A stretch of 63,508 nucleotides of DNA, filler included, from Bigelowiella natans CCMP2755 (lineage: Eukaryota > Protista > Cercozoa), in NCBI GenBank assembly GCA_000320545.1. It is 3 parts of 3 records of this genome, joined end to end, with 100 filler letters (N's around TTAATTAATTAA, not from the genome) between each part and the next. Parts side by side here need not be neighbours in the genome. Positions count along the whole stretch, not along the records: positions 43,768 to 63,508 come from ADNK01002078.1; 2 more parts are not named here. One strand, 5' to 3'. Under the pieces are notes generated by a model that was not told where the DNA came from, searched no databases, and was given only the letters and a program-made list of their open reading frames with translations. This document shows, piece after piece, positions 54,301 to 63,508 of this stretch. Each line of letters starts with the position of its first letter. Position 1 is the first letter of the stretch. Made by a program: the position numbers and the translations under genes.

Positions 54301-55199
54301 GCGAGCGCAGCGCGATACCGTCTGGCCGCTGTTCTGGTTTGCTGCTGAGAAGGAGAAGAGGATGACGCAGCTGCTGTGTTGTCGTTGCAATAGGACGCCT
54401 GAGTGTCCACAGCAAGAGGAGATGTGGGATCGGCTGGCGGAACAGCTACCACTACGTCTTTTACTTCTGCTGATGCTTGTTCCGTCCCCCCTCCCTCTTG
54501 TGCCGCTCCTTCTCTCTCTGGCATCTTTGCCTCGAGCGTGACGTCCGCGGTGTCGCTAATCACCGGCTCGCACCCTTTTCCAGCTGTCCTTTTCCCTGAC
54601 ATAAGCAGCTGCTCTTTCTGGTCTTGCTGCTGCTGCTGCTCTCTCTTTTGAACCTCGTCTTTGGATTGCCCAACGATCCGATGATGGCGATGGCTGCCTT
54701 CTTGTTGATTGGTGTCCTCCAGGTCAGAGGCTCTAGGCTTATTCTCACTTGTGAGTGTGGATTTATGCACCCGCCTCGCTGCTGCTGACGATGAACTACG
54801 ACTGACAGCAGTTGTACCATTGCTAGCAGATGGTACTCCTTGGTTACCGCTTTCATTATTTCCATGTCGGACTTCACGCTTGCTAGGTCTTTGCATGGGA
54901 GATGGGCGAGAAGAAACTGCCTCGGAGGGCGTTGAAGGATACGTAGGGGAGGGGGGAGTGGAAGGAGAGTCATTCTTTTCTTCTATCATTCGCAATGCCT
55001 TTGAATGAGAAGCGCTGGCGGGCCTATTGGTGCTGCTGTTGGAGGTGCTGGGTGAATGGGATTGAACGTCGAGCATTCTGCGACGGCGAGAAGGCTGGGG
55101 AGCGGAAGGAACTGTGACATTGAGTGATGAACCAGGATACAGCCTCGATAGCGCACGTTCCTGCTCGCCTTGACACGGTCTAAGACGATATACAGTTAG

Positions 55200-55245
<46 letters not shown>

Positions 55246-56184
55246 GTGTGTGTATATTTATGTATGCATGTATATGCATATAGAGCCCATGTGTTTATAT
55301 ACGCAATGTTTGCACGCGTTAAGTAAAACGTTCTGAAGAGTCTTTCTATCAAAAGAGAGATATATAGCGAAATTTGCGAAGTGAAAGAGGAGGCACAGCT
55401 TTGAACAAATGGGCTGTCCGGTAGCATTTCCGTGCAGTCTATTTTTCGTCAATTCTTAATATTACGGGCAAAACCAGCTTCCTTCTGGAACTTCCGTGAG
55501 GGGTGGTCGCAGACAAGACATATGATACGCATGATCGCAGGCGTCACAGAGAATAAACAATGAGATGTCCTCCGCACTGCGACAAATCCGGCACTTCTCG
55601 TCGTCAATCTCTGATTCCTGAGGGTAAGCAGTGTAGCTAGCTTTTAGAATGAAATCAACGTATAAATCATCAATGTGCTAGGCGATAGCTTATCATTGCC
55701 TCATCAGACGAGTCCGGGTCTACTTCTTGGTCCCTGTCCTCAACCTAATTATTCGTTCAATAACATTCACGCGAGAACGCGCCAACATTTACTCACATAT
55801 TTAGTTGACGAAATCACAAGCTCCACCTTGACAACTCTTGTTCGCAAGTTTCTCCCTGAGCTGGAGGATTGATGGGTTATTCCATGGAACCTTCGCTTGC
55901 ACAGGGGGCATGTATTGTTGTAAGCAGACCACGAAGTGATGCAGCCTGGAAACACACATTACATGCAACATCTATTCACTATACATGTTGAGACTATTTG
56001 GAGGACACGATGATAAAGGTTTTACTCGATTCCTACCTCCCAAACCCCATTCCCTTCTTTCGTACAACATCGTCTTCTTATTACCAACATGATAGATGTG
56101 GTCGCAGCAGTCTAGACGTGCAAGGTCCTTGAGCTCAATATCAAGGAGGCAGATTCGACAATCCACCTCACACTTCGCCGACAT
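51328..56184 (-). CDS. RING + PHD protein (PHRF1/SCAF11-like) with an internal IMPACT/YigZ-type domain and an SRI-like C-terminus
   Basis: RING: CRICLLD..CCDHIYH|..CITSWS..NTCPLCKRRF. PHD: CRICRSAED..ILCDACDHAYHMSCLRPPLTEVPEGSWFCP|PC. IMPACT-like: SGNVIDYRLARFQAHAAVI...AYRV...GHKLAVVLKLTQAMNIVVVVTQW...RRFYYIRMSACHLL. C-terminus: ALGRHVKKLLHYMR..KKSFSEISRSGT. Start codon uncertain. Confidence 0.8.
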
Positions 56185-56508
56185 CGTGCAACGATTCGAA
56201 CGATCACACGAGCTCCCTTCCCTCACGCGCTCTGCATCATCAACCCAGTCGCTTCTTTTGTGCTCGCGCGGCTCCGCCCCTTCCTATGAGCAATGTCTAA
56301 TGTACACGTCCATCCAGTCATTTCAATCAAATTTCAACCAAAAACGTACTGAATTCATATCTGCGACATCAAATTGCGGCCCAAAAATCTAGAAATGTAA
56401 AATCTAGCATGATGATTCGCGATTTTCTTTTGCGACAAGCATTAATTCTTGTCGCAGTATAAATATAGATCAGTTCCAACAGATTTCGGGTGTCTTCTAT
56501 CGGGTCGG

Positions 56509-57723
56509 ATGATGAGCAGGGGGGCGGGCAAGACAGCTCTGCGCGCAGCTTTCACGATGCAGGCGGAGGCGTGCGAGACTCTCGGCTCGCCATTTATGGC
56601 GCGAATGTTTCAGATTCTTGCCAAGGAAGAGTCAATGAAGCAACAGCCACAGAGGCTGAGATCAAGAATGGAAAACTGGCCCGGCGACCCGACTTTCCAT
56701 GGAGACGTTGTTGCTTTGCGCCTTGCTGGGGCACTTCACAGGATAGTGCTCGAGGGTAAAGATTCCAACCTAGGATCTGTTTATCCTCCACCAAAGGAGA
56801 AAGAGGTAGATGACGCTAAGATTCTATCTGCCATAACCGGCGCGTGTGCAAAGCACGAGGACTACGTGCTAAATCGCCTTAAATCGCCTCCCCAAACAAA
56901 CGAGATTCGAAGATGCAATGCGCTGTTTCCAGCTTTTCTACGAGTTTCAGCAATGTATGCAAAGCCTCTCATGTTACTGGAATTAGGCTCGGCTGCTGGA
57001 TTGAATCTAGCATGGGACAAGTACCATTACAACTACGGAGGGTTAGAGTGGGGGAATTCATCTTCTAAAGTCACACTAAAACCTGAGATCAGGGGAAACA
57101 ATAACCCGCTTTGTATGAGTAAAATGAACGACATTGATGTGAAAATCTCTGGACGATTTGGGTGCGATCTGAACCCCCTCCAGGTCCTTGAAGGAAAGGA
57201 TGATGACAAGAAAAGATTGCTCTCTTACATATGGCCTGACCAGCAAGACCGGCTTAAAAATACAAATGGAGCGATCGAAATAGCGCAGCAGCTTCCAATA
57301 AATCTTGTAAAATGCGGAGCAGAGAAGTGGTTAGAGCAGAAGCTGGTGAAAGAAGCAGCAGAAACGAAGGGGGACAAGTCTGGCTCAGCCACAGTCATAT
57401 ACAACACAATTGCTTGGCAATACTTCCCGGCAGACGTCCAAAAATCAGCCAGAGCTACCATATTAAATGCGATGCAAAATGCAGAGCCTTCAGCACCGGT
57501 AATCTGGATTGAAATGGAGGCTGATAAGGAGAAGCCTTGGGCGAACATCACGATGACGGTCTCTCATGAGGCCAGCTATGACATTCTTAATCACGAAAAC
57601 CAGAAATCCGAGGTTGATGAACTTCAAGGGAAATTAGCTGTGAATATAAAGCCTTATACAGCTGTAACGCTCGGTAGAGTTGACTTTCATGGGCGTTGGA
57701 TAGATTGGAACCCACTGATGTGA
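56509..57723 (+). CDS. DUF2332 family protein, intronless, bacterial-type
   Basis: QAEACETLGSPF, WPGDP...VALRLAGALH, PPQTNEIRR, LELGSAAGLNL, GCDLNP, RLLSYIWPDQQDRL, AWQYFP and DFHGRWIDW motifs. Confidence 0.88.
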   Translation: MMSRGAGKTALRAAFTMQAEACETLGSPFMARMFQILAKEESMKQQPQRLRSRMENWPGDPTFHGDVVALRLAGALHRIVLEGKDSNLGSVYPPPKEKEVDDAKILSAITGACAKHEDYVLNRLKSPPQTNEIRRCNALFPAFLRVSAMYAKPLMLLELGSAAGLNLAWDKYHYNYGGLEWGNSSSKVTLKPEIRGNNNPLCMSKMNDIDVKISGRFGCDLNPLQVLEGKDDDKKRLLSYIWPDQQDRLKNTNGAIEIAQQLPINLVKCGAEKWLEQKLVKEAAETKGDKSGSATVIYNTIAWQYFPADVQKSARATILNAMQNAEPSAPVIWIEMEADKEKPWANITMTVSHEASYDILNHENQKSEVDELQGKLAVNIKPYTAVTLGRVDFHGRWIDWNPLM

Positions 57724-57851
57724 AATCCTAAAGTCATTAAGATTCAATACTCATGAAGTGTCATCTTCTTACACATAAAGATGGACATTCGTGCATTATC
57801 TGCGGCCGGACGATGACATGGCATACCGAATATGTGTAGCCATACGCCCAA

Positions 57852-58141
57852 CTAGCCAATGATATAAGTAGATACTAGCATGTAGCTACCGCCACGTCTT
57901 GAGGTGCCAGAACATGAACCTACTAGCGAAGCGTGTCTCGTTTGCTGCCTGCTAGTCATGAAACATGCTAGCATGTATATACTGTAAGAGCTAGTTACGA
58001 ATAGGCGACGAAGTCTAATCGCTACACTAGTAGAGATCTAAAAATTGCTGGGCGCGTGCGTATTATAGTGTAGCAGCAGCTGTAACATACATCGCTGAAT
58101 ATCGCTTCTTGAGCTTATAGCAAGATAGCAAGCTCGACTAG
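57852..58141. other. CTAG-rich tract in convergent intergenic region 6
   Basis: About 8 CTAG in ~290 bp. Confidence 0.8.
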
Positions 58142-58221
58142 CCACACCCTGGCTTGTCTTCCATAGCAAATTTTTAGTGCATTTTTGCTCCTCGTGTTAG
58201 GTGGCCTTTCGAGGTCATGTT

Positions 58222-60124
58222 CTAATATGACCCAAATCCTACAGATGCGGCGTTAAGTGCTAGAAACGAAATGACACTTCCAACTGCAAGAGACCCGCCC
58301 AAAGTTAAGTTGATCCCAGCATAGCTCATCCCATATCTCCCATACAAAGCCTGAAACTCGAGGAGAAGCTTCCCTGCACTTTGCTGGACGTCCTTCACAG
58401 TAGTTACATTTGAAAGGACGGTATGCGCATCGTCGTTGTCGTCTTGATTGCACGCAACAGAAGCACCCATTCGTCGATTTATCAACTTTAATTCCTCCAC
58501 ATCCGAGCGATGCTCCTGCAAACCCTCGCTTTTCTCCTCATCATTTACTTCAGTCCACTGAGCTATCCGAAACAGCTCTGCCCCGGTCTAAAGAACACAT
58601 CGTAAGCGTGAAAAACTCAAAAGTTGCATGAAGTGAGCGACCCCCGAAGCCTTAAAGTACTAGCTTCATCGGGCACTACTTACATGATCGAAGAAGTAGT
58701 CGGTGACAAAACCGGTTGCTACGGCGCTTGCAAACACGCACAAGTAGAGAAGCAAAGTGATGACGAAGGACCAAACCAACATTAGGACCAAACGTCCACG
58801 GCGTATAAGTAAGCTGGGATCTTCATTCCCTCTTCCTGCATCATCCGGGTGTTTCGAATTTCGAGCACAACTTGCGAGAATCTGAAGGTAGCATTTACCA
58901 GCGTTCCTAGTTTTTATGGAGAACACGAACCGAAAGGTTCATCAACACACATTCACACGCGATTCCACATACATTTGTATATAGACATCATCGGCAGAGC
59001 AAATAAATACGAAAAGGGGTGTGCATTTGATTTGGGGGAAGCCATTAATTATTAGTGCTATTACCAACATACTGAAATCCGTGGTTGATTGTCCATTCGG
59101 ATGAAATATGTTCCATCTTATCCATCAAATGCACAAACCTAATCCCAACTGAGTTCTTGCCTTCGCTCCGTACCGAGAACGCGGCTGGGCTGATGTTTCT
59201 CTTGATGAGACTTCTCACGATGCGGTAAACAATCCAATTCTCAAATAGCCAGAGGCAACACAGATACAGAGTGCTGGCAAGGTGGTGGCCTCTTGCTATG
59301 TACCATCCAGGCGAGAACAGGAAGAAAACCGTATATTTCAACTCTTTAGTGCCCCTCAGCTCGGTCGACGTCGATGCTTGCAAAGCTGAATAAAAGGGGG
59401 TGGTTATCAAATGCACGAACCGTGCCGATTTAAGGTTTCGCTGGCTGAGGAATGAGAGATGAGAATTGATGTTATTTCATTGAAAATTCGAGCCTTGCAC
59501 CTAGTGAGTCGAGAATACACGGGACTGTGAAGCAGAGCAGACTCATGAACGCCATGCCCCATGATAGCACTTTCAGGAGGAAGTGGATTCGACGCGCATC
59601 TAACTCCGAATGGCGCAGGGAATACTTGAGCACCTGATAGTTTTAAATGACCAGGTCATGGGCTGTTTGATTGAAACCGAGCAGCAAGGGCTCCTACGTT
59701 AAAGTTACATACACTTTCCTAGGCACTTTTTGAGAGTTGTGTGACTTACAAAGTTGGGGTTTGCCTATACCTTCTCGAAAGACCTCCGCTGGAAAAATCC
59801 ATAGCCGAAGTGCACATTAGCGATCAGCACGATGCATTCCAGTATCACGAAGACCCATGTGTAGAATTTACATGCCCCGTTAGGACATACGTAGATTGAA
59901 ATATAGATAGACACTCCTAACGAGCCAATGATCTCCACAGCGAGGAGGGTAAGGATGCACTTCTTGTAAAGTCCATCTCCAAAAAAGATGATATTCAGCC
60001 ATCTCATGAGCCTGGGAACAATAGATGGATCCTCGTTTTCGTCTTCGCTGCTATCGCAACCAAGACCATTTCTCAAGGGCTGCCGAAGCTCCCGGCGCTG
60101 GGAAACGACCTTTCTCCCTTGCAT
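58222..60124 (-). CDS. Polytopic (~7 TM) membrane protein, gustatory-receptor-like/DUF3537-like candidate; ~5 exons
   Basis: Hydrophobic segments in ORFs 59765-60124, ~59500-59635, 59045-59416, 58666-58926 and 58222-58590. The C-terminus YGRYGMSYAGINLTLGGSLAVGSVISFLAL resembles TM7 of 7TM ion channels. Confidence 0.65.
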
Positions 60125-60362
60125 GGTTCCATTCGATTCTGGGTAGTTGGGTATTCATGCCCCTCGTTTTTCATCAGCGACAAAGAAAGAGTAATTGGAA
60201 TGACTGCCGTTTTTTAGGAGCGACAATGAAAATCCCGGTACAAATGGATTGTCGCAGGGAAGAAATCGTGGGTGTTGTTAGCTTCGGATGTTGTACTTGC
60301 AAAATTGATCTCGAGCATACGAGCTGGAAAGGGGGGGGGGAAGGCCGTTAGAGAGAATCCTG

Positions 60363-61378
60363 ATGAGCATTTTCATGCTCAATCTCGCCGCAGTGCTTCT
60401 CATGGGTGTTTTCCGACCATCGAATTGCGGTAAGCGACAGGGAGTTGACTTCATTAATGCGTGATCTAACGATGGGGCTATTCCAGTAGAGGTGTCGGAG
60501 CATTGCTACATGCAGAAGGAAGGTTCTACCCAATTCTTAGCAGCCATGCCTTTGTTTCATACTCACTATGAATTTTGTAATTTAGTAACTGTGGTCGACA
60601 TCTCCCCCTTTGCTCAACCCGAAAAGTACCCTGAAGAAGGTAGTGCGATAGAGCTTTGAAGGTGGTGGTGGTGGCAATTGAATGAAAATAATGACAAATG
60701 AACTCGCCGATTCACCAGCTCGGGAAGAGGTTGCTCGTGTTTGGGGACAAGCTTTCGAGTCTTTGGGAGTCGCAAGGATCGAGGGTAGTACCTTGCTTCT
60801 CGTGTTTTGAAGCCAAAGAAAATAAATTCCAAAAATCCCACTAATACTAATCCGATTTGATGCATGAGTAGTACACGGAGGTTTGACACTTACATTGCTG
60901 CTACTAGGGCACGGTGTCTCTGACACGCTCATACTCGATCTTCGCGCCGAGGCTGCAGCATTCTTTAAGCTCCCATCTACGGAGAAGACGAAGCACGCAT
61001 ATGGACCTTGTGAGTGCATCATATCGCAGTCTCTCTGCGCCATTTCTGACTTCTCTGTCTCCCGCATGTTTCGTTCTCTCCGTTTTAATTATGATGCATT
61101 ATCGATGTTTAAGACGGGACCTCACTTGGCGGATATACCCCTGCTGGAGTGCGTACGTTAGCAGTTGTTTATCTGTTTGTTCCTAATACTTCTCTGTCCT
61201 TGCGACTGTTGTTTTTCTCGCACTGAGCATCATATGGTACTCCCCACCCGCAGCTTGAAGCTGTGGCCCAAAGTGTGGAGGGGGTTGAAGCTGCTCCTGG
61301 TGAGAATTGGACGATAACTAAAGAAGCATTGTGTATAATTACCGGAGTGAATGCAGTAAACATATAAAGTGATATATA

Positions 61379-61417
<39 letters not shown>

Positions 61418-62191
61418 GTGTGTGTGAAATATAATATGAGTCCTGCTGATTCGGTTTGCATCTTCTTCTTCTTCTTCTTCTTCTTCTTCTTCTTCTCATG
61501 ATTGCTGCGTATATGCTGCCGATCAGACCCCGTAGAAAGTTTCTCCATTCGATGTGAGGTGGGTTCGTCGTGGCCAGTGCTCATAGGAGCGAGCAGCCCA
61601 CCAATCAAAACAGCATTTACCCACCATCAAGCCGCCATTCTTTCACACCGCTCTTCTCACTTCGAGATGGGGCCGTCAGCTCCTCCCCTATCTCAAAGTC
61701 TTCCTCAAAATCTTACCTCCCATCATCTAAAGGTCAATGGTACTGGGATGGAGCCTCCCGCTAGCAAGGGGGGTTGGGGTGCCCTCCCCTTCTCTTCCGC
61801 TGAGAAGTAGCATCATCTTTACTCGACTCGTTTGCGCTGCTAGCAGCCTCCTACCTCACGAATGGTTTGTTGCGTGAATGCATGCACAAAGGTATGTTCA
61901 AGAGATGGACCGAGTCTTGTCAGCCATCCACCGGATGAGTGCTGTCGCGCTGAATCGTAAGGCGCTATTCTCGTTATAATTATTGTCCCCATTATTTATA
62001 ATGTCATCATGCTATCGCTATGCTCATCACTGCTGTTTTCTTCCTCACTTGCTCAGTTACGTCGCCAGACTTCTTCGACTCCTTCTACACTCGGCCAAAT
62101 GGCAATGCTCTCCGTTTGGCTTTTTACCCCCCCCCAACGACTGCTCAAGCTGAGAAAAAGGTAGCATGCGACAACGCTATAATATATACCA

Positions 62192-62232
<41 letters not shown>

Positions 62233-62279
62233 TATGTGTGTGTGTGTGTGTGTATCATATGTTTGTGTGTATGTGTGTG

Positions 62280-62317
<38 letters not shown>

Positions 62318-62687
62318 ATTATTGCAAAGATATTAAGACTTTTTCCGCATTGCTCCTTTGCTGCACAACGGTTTTCCTTCGCATACAAACGGCAGTTTCG
62401 ATATGGGGAGCCCACCGACTATAGGGGATTTACCATTTTTTTTCAAGACGAGCACGATCATAGGTACGTAACAGAAATAATTTGAGTAAAATCCCCCCCC
62501 CCCCCCTCCCCCCTCATTGTTTTAATGATGGCGTGCTGTAGCAGTTATTCGTTTTTTTCTTCTTCTCCTCAGTAATGGGGCTGGAGGGTTGGAAGTGCAA
62601 GATCCCGGCAGCAAACAATGGTTCCCTGTCCTCCCTGTCGGTGTCACCAAATAAGAGAGAATAAAGAACCGGAATATTATAAATATT

Positions 62688-62723
<36 letters not shown>

Positions 62724-62818
62724 TGATATGGATATTAGGATATATAAATATGTATATGCGCTTGTTTTCATCACGAAGGAGAACTATGTGTGTTTTCACA
62801 TTGCTATCTGACAATATT

Positions 62819-62853
<35 letters not shown>

Positions 62854-63508
62854 TTGAATTTATTTTACATATTCTACCCTCTAGAGTAAAGATAACTTTA
62901 TACATCGATATAATCTTGAATGCTCATTGCCCTCATCGTCATTACCGCTATTATCATCGTCATCACAGGTAACAACGACCACGTCCTTCGTGGTGAATAT
63001 CGGTGATTTATGGAAGCAATGGACAAACGACAAATGGGTTGTTAGATAACAACAAGCACATTCCGCAAGAGGGGCGTTTTATGATCCCTCTCATCTTCTG
63101 TTTCGTATTGAGTTGAGCGAATTCATTCATATGGAGAGTTCTCTGGGAATTCTCACTGAGGGCTTTTGTCCGGCATCTTGTAGAATCATTGCACCCTCCT
63201 TCTTCCTTCTTTAATACGAAATGAGAATCATAGAAATGTGCGGGAGAAGATGCCACAATTGCTGCTTCTCTCCTTCGATCGTGTGTATTCATATCAGTGT
63301 TTTGAAGTCTCTTCCTCCTCCTCCTCCTCCTCCTCCTCCTCCTCCTCCTCATCCTCCTTCTCCTCCTTCTCCTCCCTTGCTTTCGACTGCTTGCGTTTAT
63401 TTGTAGACATCCACGAATCATAGAGTGAGTTCCCCATCCCTTGGGACGAAGGGGGCGGAGCATTCACGCCTCTCCATTGTATATTTTACAGGTAATCTCC
63501 ATGCGCAA
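60363..63508 (+). CDS. 2-oxoglutarate/Fe(II) oxygenase (IPNS/DIOX-like) with N-terminal signal peptide; runs off the window end
   Basis: MSIFMLNLAAVLLMGVFRPSNC|VTVVDISPF, LLGHGVS...FFKLPSTEK, LRLAFYPP, RYGEPTDY.GFTI, GGLEVQ, FVVNIGDLWKQWTNDKW, STNHRV and RLSIVYFTG. Confidence 0.88.

Noticed and set aside
1-63508. Numerous short ORFs with CVCV, YIYI, THTH or poly-S/L/M runs; also tRNA, rRNA and transposase genes
   Set aside because: The ORFs are microsatellite artefacts. No RNA gene or transposase was recognisable by eye.

Overview
Gene-dense eukaryotic nuclear DNA with microsatellite-filled spliceosomal introns. A bipartite signal/transit-like leader on the PPR protein suggests a secondary-plastid alga such as a chlorarachniophyte (inference only). 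Hand splicing gives 16 genes or gene fragments: TSR1, an unknown Lys/Ser-rich protein, an Ariadne RBR E3 ligase, a PPR protein, an EF-hand protein, a PAM2+MA3 (PDCD4-like) protein, an unknown protein, a MENTAL-like/alpha-beta hydrolase, a large secreted filamin/PA14 protein, TrpF (3' part), NOP9 (5' part), a PIP5K, a RING-PHD-IMPACT-SRI-like protein, an intronless bacterial-type DUF2332 gene, a gustatory-receptor-like 7TM protein and a 2OG-Fe(II) oxygenase. Two artificial 100-bp scaffold gaps interrupt the window. The most striking pattern is architectural. Within each contig gene orientation alternates strictly, and the tail-to-tail intergenic regions carry nearly microsatellite-free tracts rich in the palindrome CTAG/GCTAGC (dense in four junctions, weaker in two), which head-to-head regions lack. 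These may be a termination or DNA-modification signal. The other top candidates are the IMPACT-domain-bearing PHRF1-like protein, the GRL-like channel and the DUF2332 transfer. All family calls are by-eye motif recognition, and splice sites were inferred without transcript data.
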